64,000 nucleotides of DNA from Octopus bimaculoides (lineage: Eukaryota). Shown here in pieces: positions 38,547-51,421 of this stretch. Below the pieces are notes generated by a model. That model was not told the DNA's origin, did no database searches, and saw only the letters and a list, made by a program, of their open reading frames with translations. Each line of letters opens with the position of its first letter. The first letter of the stretch is position 1. The stretch lies in assembly GCF_001194135.2 (NCBI RefSeq), contig NC_068991.1:24597743-24661742 (forward strand). Reading direction: 5' to 3'. A program made the position numbers and the translations under genes.

Positions 38547-41500
38547 CTGTAAAAAAAAGATAAAAAGAAAAAAAATGGTTAGCTTTAGGTAATTTCATCA
38601 AATCAGAGCAAAACATTTTTGTAGAAAATATTGGCAAATATTATAAAAAGGTAAAACAGGATACTGCTGAAGTATATTAATGAGACTTTAAAGCAAATGA
38701 ATGTTTTCTTGACTGTTAAATGAAAGTGCAACTTTAAAATCAGGCAAACATTTTTTTTAGCAATGGGAAGAGCATCTGGCCTTAGGAAATCTGACCACGG
38801 TATTGTACCTAGAAAGTTCCCCTACAAAGTACAAGTCCAGGCAAGGTTATTTGTGGAAGACCAACATTCATCCATGCATACCAACCCAAAACTCAACCAC
38901 CCACACACCCTGATCACCACCATCTTTTTCTCTCCTTTTCCAGCTGGGGCAGCCACGTATCTACTCTACAGCAAGAGACTTATTTCTATCCCTCTATCAT
39001 ACATTCAAAATCTGGTTTAAAGACACCTCCCACAATACTACACTCCTTCTCAGTCATGAAATCTAATATTGCAAGCTATTAGGTGACTTGATCAGCATTG
39101 GTGATGTAAAAAAGGACTCAGTACAGTCTGTAAAGTGGTTGGCATTAGAGAGAGCTGAAACCTAGCTGAAACCATGCCAAACAAACATTGGAGCTCAATG
39201 CAGTCCTGCAACACACAGGATTTTGTCAGACCAACCAGCCAACCCATGCCAGCATGGAAAATGGACACTAAATGATAATGATAATGATGATGATGATGAT
39301 ATGTCTGCATATAGATATATATACATACATGTGGGTGTGTGCGCTCACACGTATTTATATACTGTCCAACCCATGCCAGCAGGAAACATAAGCATTAGAT
39401 GAATATTCCATCTTTGTATCTAAGAAAGAAAAGTCATGGCTGTTTCCAGAAGTCCTTAGCTGAAGTTAGTGGTGACTAATAGACAGTCATTGTTGTTATT
39501 TTCAGCAAAAAAATATTACACAGAATCACTGAATCCTAATTTGAAATTATTTGCCTACATACTCCTGTATCTATGGAGTTTGCAAAGGTGATAAATGATT
39601 CTTTTGGGTCTTAAAATGATTAATAGGCAACAGTGATAACAGTAATATTACCAACATGTTTTCATACCATTGTTACAATAAAGTAAAACCTACAAAATTC
39701 ATTTGTTTTAAAGGCAGCAGGGAACGAAACAAGAAACTAGACAACATAGATAAAATAAACATCAAAGTGTTAGGGAGAAGAATGAAATATTCAGCAGCCG
39801 TACAGATCACTAGAGGTGGGAGTTCATATAGGAAATAATGGAAGGAAAACAAATATGAAAAGTGAAGACGTATTAAGAAGTAAATCCAACTTAATCCTAC
39901 AGCTTTGGGGATTTGGAACAGTGTTTAAATTTGATGATAAATTGAGTTGTAAAGATTAATGTAGCAAGAATGCCTGATGCTATACACAAAAGGATTGCCC
40001 TAATTCTGAGAAAAATCACCTTTATTCATCTATTTGTTTATTGTTATAGCTGAAGAGTTAAAAAGGTTTTACTTTTATACAGGAGTTAGACTAAATTTAT
40101 CATTTGATTTTTGCAAAATACTTTTTTAAAAAAAAGCCAAAAAGACATGGTGACATTTCCTTTTTATAAGATATTTAAAAAATAATGAAAATTCTTCATT
40201 GAAACCATATACAACATAACTGAATTTCAAACTGACACAACAGAAAAATGTTAACAAAAAAATACAGCTGCTATTGACTTGACTCTAAGCCAATTAAAGA
40301 TAAAGCTAAAGATATCTCGACTTCTTAAATATTTATTTCATTTTGTTAGCTTGGCTAAGGTAAAAGCTATCTGATAACTCTCCATAGTGATAATTTTTAA
40401 ACAGATTTATGCTAAATGCATGAAAATTAGGCTAAGAGTTTGCCTGTGACAGAGTTTGCTGTTAAGAACCTAAGTCAGCCTTGATCTGGCAGATCTAAAA
40501 TCAAAGGCATTTCAGCCATGATCAACCCATTTTCCTCATAAACATTAACAGTACATCTAGGTAAGGCCACATCATTCAGTGTGCACTTCCTTTTTCCAAG
40601 ATGGTATGGTAAGGTCTGGGGGAGTTTGGCTCCTGTTTCTAGTAGGTTGAGTGACTACATTAAAACTTTTTACCTTGACTTAAGAAAAATAATATTGGAG
40701 CAAAAGTTGATGATATTCAGTTGGACTAAATGCTTGTTTAGTGCATCACAATTCTCCAGGTCCACTTTCAAATTTATTTATCACGCCCTATCTCACAGGT
40801 GGGTCCTCGGTCAGAGTTACAATGACATATTTGTTACAGAAAAGTAACCATTACAAAGTGAAATCAGAAAAGTGAAGGGTAAAAAATAGCAGGTGGAGAG
40901 GATAAATGAAAGGCTGCAAGGGTAGAATGATAATAAAAAAGAAAGAACTAAATGAGATAAAAATACAGTGAAAGCTAGGAAATTTCAGAGGAAACCAAAG
41001 GAGATGTAATTTTTAGAAAATATGCGCATGCACGCACACACAGAAATGTAAGAAGAAAAATTGTAGGAAAAAACACTGAGCATGTCACATAAGATCAACA
41101 GCTTTCCAGAAACAATCATCTGATCTTATTTTTCTTTTCTCAGATATAGTAGTGTCTAGGATGATATTACCCAATATGTTTATTTATTTTAAGTCAATAA
41201 GGTTTGATTTGTGGGAAATTTAGTTGCTGTTCCAAGAAGGCCAAGCAACTATATAAAGGCTGTCATACTTGTTTGAGCATACAGAAGACAGAAAAATTAT
41301 AAGTCTAAGATATATAGCAGATGTGTAGTGCGAAGCTAAAAGGTTGTATAATACTAAGAATAGGTAGTATGAATGTGAAATAAAAACTGTGTAATACTAT
41401 ATATGTGATCCTCACTCTTAAGTGGAAGATTTAATTCCGATAAAAATTTATATCATTTAAAAATTCTATTATAATTCCATTTGTAGGGACATATTATAGG

Positions 41501-41972
41501 AGGAATACTGCACTGGTATTTTACCTACCCTGGAAGAATGAAAGGCAAAGTTGACCTCAGCAGAGTTTGAACTCAGAATGTAAGAATCTTAACTTGAGGC
41601 ATTTTGTCAAATACTGTAATTATTCTTCAAATCTACCACATTAACTAAAGAAATACTATGAGTTTAATGACTTGATTAAATTTTCTTAAATGAAATTACC
41701 ATTTTGGTTATCACATGATTATTTTTTGGCAAGTAATGAAATATGGTCAAAGGTATCATAGTATGAAAAGACTATGACTATATTAATTGTTCTTTATCTC
41801 CTAGTTAGCTCTGATTGAATAGACCTACCATCTCATCTTTATGTATAACAGGGATTTCATTGTTTTAATGTTTCATTCTTTTTCTTCAATATTGGTACAG
41901 TAGGATTTTGAGAGATTTGGCTACTATTTCTAGTGCATCAAGTGATCATGTACAAATTTCCTTGTTAACTCG

Positions 41973-42030
<58 letters not shown>

Positions 42031-42742
42031 TTATGCAATGTGTATATTTGTGGCTCATGTGTGAGCACGCATGCACATGCAATTTCTTTCATCTCTTAAG
42101 TTAACTATCTATGAAATGGAAATAAGGCTCACAAAATAAATAAATGAATAAATAAACTTCGCTGACTCACTTCAGCAATCAAAAAACACTTAAGTAAAAT
42201 AAGTAAAACTTAAAAGTATTTAACATTTCTGTTAGATGTGTGGCTGCAGCAGCTATTATTGTTCCAATGATGGTAATGGTGGTGGTGGTGGTGGCAGTAG
42301 TGGTGATGATGATGATGATGATGATGATCTATATTTCAGCCCCTCTTTTTTTAACTTCCTTCCTAACACCATTACAACCACAAAAATACAAAACAACTTA
42401 TGAATAAGTGAAATAATTTTGAGAGGCTAATGAAAACAATTTTATAGATTTAAATGCATAGGGTTGTCAGATGATTTGCAACTCCTTGCTCAATAATTTA
42501 GTAGATATTCTCATTATGTCTCTGTTGACTAATTTCACATTTTGTAAATATTTTTTCCCTTTTATTCCCTTACTTGTTTCAGTCACTGGACAGTGGCTGC
42601 GCTGAGGTACTACCTTAAAAGGTTTTAGTTTATCACACAGATCCTAGGACTCATTTCAACCTGACTTTTACTTTATCGATCTCTAATTAGCAATTGCGAA
42701 ATTAATTTTTGTTATAAAGGATGATAACGCAACACTATTTTA

Positions 42743-42838
42743 CACACTTACACACACTTACACACTTACACACACAGACACACTTACACACACAGACACA
42801 CTTACACACACAGACACACTTACACACACAGACACACA
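42743..42838. repeat. CA-derived minisatellite, 18-bp unit cacttacacacacagaca, about 4 copies plus partials
   Basis: Directly visible. Confidence 0.85.
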
Positions 42839-43712
42839 TGACAGTGATCTTTTACTCGGTTTCTATTTAACAAATTTCACTCTTAAAATATTCGCAACTC
42901 AAAGCTCCTTTAGAAAACACTTGCTCGAAATTTCACAGAGTGAGTGAACCTGGAACTGTGTACTTAGTTGCAAAGCAAACTCCTTTACACAACTATGCCT
43001 ACACTTATTTTGTGTTCCTCTTCTCTCTTCTCCTCCAGTCATATTTCCTTTATATTAAGTCAAACTGCTACTACTCAAGGATTGTCGAGGAATTTCTGAC
43101 ATATTTACACCTGCTCCCTACATGAAGTGCTTTAAACAGTAACAGCTTTTTTTTAACATTACTTTTTAATTTTTTCCCCACTCACTTCCATTCCAAATAA
43201 CCTCTCTAACAAACAAAATACACCTGCTTTATGATTTATGCATCTCTAAACCCTCCTTTTTTAAATATTTTTTGTTCCTCCCTTATTCTTTCACATTTTC
43301 TTCGTAATACATGAATGTTCACATTCCCCCCTCCCTTGTCATACATTTTCTCTCTCTTTCTGTCTCATTCATATTTCAGCATTGTTTCCCCTTCTTTCTC
43401 TCACTATTTTTTTTTTTCCTATCTTCATTTCAGTGTATTCATTATCTTCTCTCTTTCTTACACATAATTCATCTCCTTTCCTTTCTTGATTTATGATTCC
43501 CTTATGTATGATAAGAAGTAAAACAATATGGCAAGATACCTTCATATATGAGGAACTTCAACACAAAATGGGAATTGGTTATAGTGAGAATTCATTGCTA
43601 TGGTATATTGGCAGTAAGAAGCTCAACTCTATTAAAACTTATATCACAGTTACAGTAAAAAAAAAATTCAGAAATATTCCTCCTAATACTGACAATAAAT
43701 AAACATAATAGG

Positions 43713-43853
43713 CACTGGCGTAGCTAGTGATGGGGGGGGGGGGTCTGCCCCGGGCAGCACCACTTTTGGATCTGCTGTAGACAATATGTGTTTTTTGAGG
43801 AGCAGAAACTGGAAGAGCCATGCCAAGCAGCCCACACTCTAGCTACGCTAGTG
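43713..43853. mobile_element. hAT-type MITE (141 bp)
   Basis: 15-bp TIR CACTGGCGTAGCTAG / CTAGCTACGCTAGTG (1 mismatch). 8-bp target duplication ATAATAGG / ATAACAGG. Confidence 0.8.
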
Positions 43854-45410
43854 ATAACAGGTCTCCACCGGGTAATGTAATAAAGATAAATGAAGCTAAG
43901 GTTTAGTATTTAATGTATTTAATACCTAGGTAAGTGACATAGTAGTGATCTGGTTAAGGCTGTATATTGAGTTCACCTGCATTATAACCTGTTAAAGGTA
44001 CATTAACATTACTTGTCTTACTTCAATCTTTTTCATTTGTTTCACTCCCAAGTTACCAATCACTACAGGTGTCCCACCTCCCACCCCTCCCCTGCTCTTC
44101 CTGGTAACTCTTCATCCACTCTTCACCTAGCAACAGTTCATTTACTCACTTTGTTTAAATATGATAGATATTCATTCTGAAGCATGTATGGCTGTTTCAA
44201 TAAATACTCCATTACAAAATATAATATATATTTAATAAAACTGAGTCTAAAATTTTTCCCAACATCTCCAGTTCTTAGCATCAGGATTCCCATCTATCAA
44301 CATGATAGAAGCTATGAAGGTTGTCATATTCTGCCACAGAATGATAATGCTTTTTAAATCTTGTCTGAGTTTAAATTTCCCTATCTCCCATAACTTAGAG
44401 ATTATTGAGACACAGCAACAGGTGACTACACAATGTTTCTCTATATGCACTTTGATCATTATTTTCTTCAGTGTTTTCACTATCATCCAGAAATACATTT
44501 GGTCATTCAACCTGTTAGAAATAGCAACCAAATATCTCACATGTCACACCCAATCATCTTGGGTGGGTGGGATAAAAGATGGGATTGTCACTGGATGTCT
44601 TTGATCAAAGATCTACTCAATCAAGGCTGACATTATGCTAAACAACAACATTGATCATAAGCCAATAAAGAAGCTGGTACGTGGCCACTCAACCTAACAG
44701 AAATAGCAATTAAGTTTCCTTCAAATATCATACTACAAAAAGAATATGTAGTCTTTAGTACAATACATTAAAAAAAAAAGGCAAGGTAGTCACAGATGGA
44801 ATTATAGGTCTACTTGATCAGGGTTGACCTAGGACTAAATAACTCCACCAGCAAGTCTGATCTAATATGATAAAATCATTCTTTGAAGTCATTAATTATG
44901 GTTTGGGTGTGCCTAAGACACATTCAAATAGGTGGAGTTCATCTTTCTAAACTAATACACCCACACCAGACATAGTTATATAGTGCTCATATATACATAT
45001 ACATATATATATATATATATATATATCGTTGCCAGTGCCCCTGGACTGGCTTGTGCGGGTGGCACANNNNNNNNNNNNNNNNNNNNNNNNNNNNNNNNNN
45101 NNNNNNNNNNNNNNNNNNNNNNNNNNNNNNNNNNNNNNNNNNNNNNNNNNNNNNNNNNNNNNNNNNNNNNNNNNNNNNNNNNNNNNNNNNNNNNNNNNNN
45201 NNAAAAGCACCCACTACACTCTCTGAGTGGTTGGCGTTAGGAAGGGCATCCAGCTGTAGAAACTCTGCCAAATCAGACTGGAGCCTGGTGTTGCCATCCG
45301 GTTTCACCAGTCCTCAGTCAAATCGTCCAACCCATGCTAGCATGGAAAGCGGACGTTAAACGATGATGATGATGATGATGATGATATATATATATATATA
45401 TATACACACA

Positions 45411-45748
45411 CATGGTGTGGACAGTATGTGTTCACAATTTTCAACTGCTTATTTTACACATATTTTTTTTTACTTTAATTTTTTTTTTATTAAAAACATT
45501 AACCATTTTTGCTTTATTTTTTGCAGGATAATTGACAACTGAAAATAGTCAGCAGAAGAATGGTGGAAAAGGTCAGAAAGGAGCTGGAAGATTCAGGATT
45601 CAACTATGAGATGACAGCAGAGGAGGAAACCCATGATCGATAGATAATATGACACCATCAGAAAGCCAGAATTCATCAATGAAATCCAGATCATCAACAA
45701 TGATCCCAGCAAATCAATGTATACCATTGTAAGAGAGAAAGGTGTGGA
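45411..45748 (+). mobile_element. 5' fragment of a Tc1/mariner-superfamily (maT/DD37D-like) transposon
   Basis: Frameshifted translation SRRMVEKVRKELEDSGFNYEMTA...DTIRKPEFINEIQIINNDPSKSMYTIVREKGVDE resembles the DNA-binding region of maT-type transposases. Recognised from memory; no catalytic domain present. Confidence 0.55.
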
Positions 45749-45759
45749 TGAAAAGCTTA

Positions 45760-46343
45760 TCAGACTGTGTCCACAAGGTGTTGGAGAGAGTTCCGAGTGT
45801 AAAGTGCCTTGAAGGCACGTATTATGCCTTGATCCATAGGCTGGATGAGGGATGTGCTGTTGGCAGGGAGGAACTCGACTTGAACTCCCTCGTGATTCAA
45901 ATCCAAAGAGTGACTACCAGCATTGTCCATAACAGGCAACACCTTGAATTCCATGCAAACATTTTGGAGGTATTCCTCAGCTTGAGAGATGAAGCATTGG
46001 TGGAACCAATTCAAAGTTAAACTTTTGGTAATCCAGGCCTTGGGGTTGTGCATCTGGTAGACAGACAGCAGATTTTTTCTCCTTATTTTTGAAGGCCCTC
46101 CAGTTTGTGAACTTATAGATAAGTCCTGGTTTCATCATGAATCCAGCAGCATTGCCACACATAATTAGCATCACTCTGTCCTTCTGTGCCTTAAATGCTG
46201 GGGCTCTGGCTTCGTCCTTCATGATGTATGTTCTGGAAGGCATCTTCTTCCAGAACAAGCCAGTCTTGTCCATACTGAAAACCTGTTCCGGCTTGTATCA
46301 CTTGTCCTCAATGATCTACCTGCAAATAAGCAGGGATACACTG
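45760..46343 (-). mobile_element. Second Tigger/pogo copy, internally deleted (left TIR fused to DDE region)
   Basis: TIR reverse complement tgcaaataagcagggatacactg at 46321-46343. MDKTGLFWKKMPSRTY, MDNAGSH and QPMDQGIIRAFKALY, colinear with 12645-13180. Confidence 0.9.
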
Positions 46344-46345
46344 TG

Positions 46346-46391
<46 letters not shown>

Positions 46392-48229
46392 GAAATCCTG
46401 GCATCTAAGTATGTATAACAATATTTTATCCACTAAGCCATCTCATTTTTATATCAAGAGCATATTGCTATTGACACAATCTCTTTAGCCACCATCATAA
46501 CTTGATATCCTGCAAATTATCCTGACTCTAGCTAAGAGACTCAACATATTTTATTATTCACTCAAGAGAAACCTTCAAACTAGTTGGAAGCAAAAAAACA
46601 TGTTATTTTTCCTTTTTAAGTAATATTTCAAAATGCATTATTCCAACATCACAGTTAAACAAGGACATTCTGTTGTAAATAAACGCTAGGTGTACATGTT
46701 TAAAATGCAAAACCTTCGCTTTGACAGCTCAAAGAATAATTGGAAGGAATAAAACATATGAAAGAAAGAAAATTTATATAAATGACTGCTAACAATATGC
46801 AATGATGTTTCTCTAGATCACTAGCTAGAAATTCTCAGTGATTGTCAAAAAGTAGTTAAAAGTCAAGACAATAATCAAACACTGAAAGCAAAAGAGTAAC
46901 AATTATAAACTACATCTCATTTAGTTGACATCCATGAGTTATGATATCAACTAAATGTCAGATTCTGAAATTAGTTCTGAAGGAAATAGCTTTGTTGCAT
47001 CCACTAGAATGGCAAGTGATTAATCACTGACTATTTGGAAAGAAAATTAAGAAACAATAAAAATAAAACAAACAGAAGCATGGCTTAAAACAAACTCTGA
47101 AACCTCAAACAATTTTTGCACTCCCCAAACCACCATTAACTCCCTACATACCTATATAAACACATCCCAAAACACTTGCCTCGGCAAAATAATTTTATCA
47201 TTAACAAATTACCCCTCCCTTCCATAAATCCAAACACTAAAACCAATCTTTTTTTTCTAAGCTACCACCTTACTCCTCAAACATTTCTTTCCTAGCAACT
47301 ATCTAATACTAAAAAGGAGTTACTCACACACAAAACAACCATCTTATTTGTAAAACAAGTCCCTCTACAAGCAGAATATCTTCTCTGCACTGTTAAACTG
47401 CCTCTCCATATACCCCAAGTATAACTTCATATCCAAAACAATGTACCCACATGCAAAAGCATGTTTCTCAAAACACCACCCTTACCATTATCTTCACCAC
47501 CACTATAAACAACTTTCTGACCTGAAGTAATTAATTTCTTTCCACACAAAACACACTACAACAAAACAGCAAACATACCCACAACATAACTTTCCTCATA
47601 CACACAACCAAACATTCTACACTAAAATCAAATTCACACTCAAACATGCCAGCAACAAGAATGAAAACAAACAGAAAACACATACAAAAATAGCAACCGA
47701 TTGCACAATATCAACACCCCTCAGACACTACAAGCACTTCAGACATAAACATCGCAAACAACACCAACAACAAATTCCACATACACATCAAACATTCAGT
47801 GCACACATCAATTACTCATTAAATGAGTAAATATATATTGTTGTTGTGGTTTTCATTCTCTGTTTTTGCCTTTAGAAAATGAAATTTAAGATACTTAATG
47901 ACAGCGGAAAGAAAAAATGCTTAAACAGGAAGATTAAGGCATGGTAGAAAGGGTGGGGCAGTTATAATGAATTAAGTAAATTGTAAATTATAAAATAGAG
48001 AATGTGTACNNNNNNNNNNNNNNNNNNNNNNNNNNNNNNNNNNNNNNNNNNNNNNNNNNNNNNNNNNNNNNNNNNNNNNNNNNNNNNNNNNNNNNNNNNN
48101 NNNNNNNNNNNNNNNNNNNNNNNNNNNNNNNNNNNNNNNNNNNNNNNNNNNNNNNNNNNNNNNNNNNNNNNNNNNNNNNNNNNNNNNNNNNNNNNNNNNN
48201 NNNNNNNNNNNNNNNNNNNNNNNNNNNNN

Positions 48230-48455
48230 CTTTATTGCCCACAAGGGGCTAAACATAGAGGGGACAAACAAGGACAGACAAAGGGATTAAGTCAATTACA
48301 TCGATTCCAGTACGTAACTGGTATTTAATTTATCGACCCCGAAAGGATGAAAAGCAAAGTCGACTTCGGCGGAATTTGAACTCAGAACGTAATGGCAGAC
48401 GAAATACCGCTAAGCATTTCGCCCGGAGTGCTAACGTTTCTGCCAGCTCGCCGCC
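48230..48455 (-). mobile_element. tRNA-derived SINE family 3, young copy
   Basis: Head GGCGGCGAGCTGGCAGAAACGTTAGCAC, B-box GAGTTCAAATTCC, CpGs retained. Confidence 0.8.
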
Positions 48456-49082
48456 TTCTTTCAGTTTCTACCTACCAAATCCATTCATAAGGTTTTGGTC
48501 AGCGTGGGACAATAGTAGAAGACACTGGTGTCTCATAGTGGGGCTGAACCTAGAACCATGTGATTGAAGAACAATTTTCTCACACATCTATCACAGGGCT
48601 GATAAAGGTTTTTTTTCATTTTTTATAAACCCAAAACAATGCAAGTTATAAAAAAATTAATAGTACCAGTCAACGGTTAGAACTATTAGCTGGTATTTCA
48701 ATATTCCAGGGTTAGGATCCTGCCTTCAGGAAATTTACAGAGAAAAGTTGATAGCTGATGTCTTTGCTCTTTAGTGGCTGTGTGGTAAGAAGTTTATTTC
48801 CCAACCACATGGTCCCAGGTTCAGTCCCACTGGGTGACACCTTGCACAAGTGTCTTCTACTATACCTTCAGACCAACCAAAGCTGTGTGGGTGAATTTGG
48901 TAGACAGAATCTCAAAGAAGCTAGCACCTGCATGCATGCATGTGTGTAACTTAACGGTTTGGCAACAAGTAACCAATAGAATAAATAACAGGCTTTAAAA
49001 AAAAGTACTAGGGGCAATTTGTTCAACTAAAATTTTTCAGCATGATCACAGCCTAATAACTGAAACAAATAAAATATATATA

Positions 49083-49925
49083 GAGAGTAATATGCTTTAT
49101 TAATGAAGCTGCAAAGACATCACAAAAACTGTTACTCAGAGTTTCACGTTCCCATTTGTCAGATGAATAGGAACATGAAACCCTGAGTAACAGTTTTTGT
49201 GATGTCTGCAGCTTTATTAATAAAGTGCGTGTAGACAGACAAAAGGATTATAGTATGTGTCTGTTTCTATTTTGTTGTTGGATTCCTTAATGAGGATGTC
49301 AAGGAATGGAAGTTGCTGATGGCTATATTCCATTGTAAATTGATTGTTTATGTCAAGTCCATTTAGAAGGGCTTGAAATTCTTCAAGTCTATCTATACTT
49401 TCATGCCAAAGAATGAAGCAGCCATCCAGATACCACTTCCAGTTATTTTCCATGTAGAGGGAGAATGGGTTGCTGAATTTTTCTAGTACCTTATGATAAA
49501 GACTGATTTCTAGATATCCCATGACTAGGTAAGCAAAGGAGTGGGGGGGGGCATTCTCGTACCCATCACAGTCCCTGATTTTTGTTGATAGAAGTAGTCT
49601 TTGAAGACTAAGAAGTTATTCTCCAAGATGAATTTTATCCCTTCTATTATGAATTCTTTTTGGATGCAGTGTGGGAGTTCATTGGAGTAATTCCCTAGCC
49701 AGAATTGGATTGCCTCTATTCCTAGGCTGTGGGAATTATTAGAATAGAGGTTGACTACATCGAAGGATACTAGTAGGGTGTTTTTATTAATTGTTTCAGG
49801 AAGCATATCTAGGTTGTCCCTCATGTAGCTTTTGCTGTGCTTGAGAAATGGTTTTAAGAGGGTATCTAAAATGTTACCGCAGTGGTAGGTTTCGCATGCA
49901 GGACCTGCTATCATAGGTTTTAATT
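49083..49925 (-). mobile_element. Penelope-like element: RT fragment plus terminal palindrome with degenerate hammerhead cores
   Basis: RT motifs LVSFDVVNLYSN, YQQKSGTVMG, WYLDGCFILW (catalytic DD mutated) and QFTME..LPFLDILI. Frameshift near the G-run at 49541. Palindrome 49095-49225. Confidence 0.85.
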
Positions 49926-51372
49926 TTAAATATATGGATTCAACTGATCCAGTGGTGCCCATAAAAAAGCTCCTTAATGTATTATTCCACAAAACACATA
50001 GAATATACAATACAATACAAAAGAAAAACATAAGAAGTGTATAAAACTATAAATAAAGAGAAAAATATACTATGTTAAAATTTATTTTACCATTAGATAT
50101 TTTTATTTAATAACAATTGTTTCACAGCTTAATAAACATGTATAAATAATTTATTTTATTATATTTCATAATAAATAATAAATTACATACAAGTCTGTTT
50201 AATATATATATAAAAATATCATACTGAGATATTTTAAACACAGAATTCTCTTAACCTGACGAACAAGCTTAATATATGCATTAATTTAAAAATTTTATAT
50301 GTATATTAATACAGACATGAAATTAATTTATTATTTCTTATAAAATAAAATAAAATATATTATTTATATATGTTTATTAAGCTTCAAAACAATTCTTGTT
50401 AAATAAGAATATCCAATTGTAAGATAAATTTTATCATAGTATATTTCTCTCTTTATGTATGTATGCATGTNNNNNNNNNNNNNNNNNNNNNNNNNNNNNN
50501 NNNNNNNNNNNNNNNNNNNNNNNNNNNNNNNNNNNNNNNNNNNNNNNNNNNNNNNNNNNNNNNNNNNNNNNNNNNNNNNNNNNNNNNNNNNNNNNNNNNN
50601 NNNNNNNNNNNNNNNNNNNNNNNNNNNNNNNNNNNNNNNNNNNNNNNNNNNNNNNNNNNNNNNNNNNNNNNNNNNNTATGTGTGTGTAAATTGAAAACTC
50701 TTTTAACAGTATGTGTATCACTGAAATATTGAGAAATCAGAAAGGAGTGTCAATCTACTTGATTGACTAATTTTGTAATGTGACTCATTTTGGTTCTCTT
50801 CATCTAACTCAGACTCATTGATGTAATAATTTCATTTTCTTTTTTTTCAAAAGAAAAAAGTGAGAGAGGGGAAGTGAAGAGAAATGAGAGTACAGTGGAA
50901 AGAGGAGTACAGTGGAAAGAAGGGGGGGGGGGACATTACAAGGAACGATAATGTGCCCAGAAATAGAGAGAGAGAGGGGGGAAAAGCAAGAAATGTTACA
51001 GAGAAAAAAAAGGGATCAATGGAGAGTAGAAAAGCTGAGAGTGAATTAGAAGAAAGACAAGAAAATGAGAGGGAGAGAAAGAAAGAAAGAAGAGAGAAAA
51101 TAAAGTAAATAGAATCAATGATGAAAGTGTAAGAGACAAAAGAATGTTAGATAATGAATATAAAATATAAGGAAAGCTATATAGACAGAGAGAGAGAGTG
51201 AGTGAGGTGGGAGGGGGGAAGGAAGAGGAAAAGAGATGGGAAATGTTCTTCCTAATAAAAAAATTAATGGGGGGGGGATAGTGCTTCTTGTTTGGCAACA
51301 GACATCAGCAGTAATAATTGGATGACACAGCTTGCTTGGGACTCCAATCCCTCCCCCTGCTGTTTTCTGTAG

Positions 51373-51421
<49 letters not shown>

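Noticed and set aside
50258-50280. CTGACGA near the Penelope RT fragment
   Set aside because: Not followed by a stem II and GAAA.
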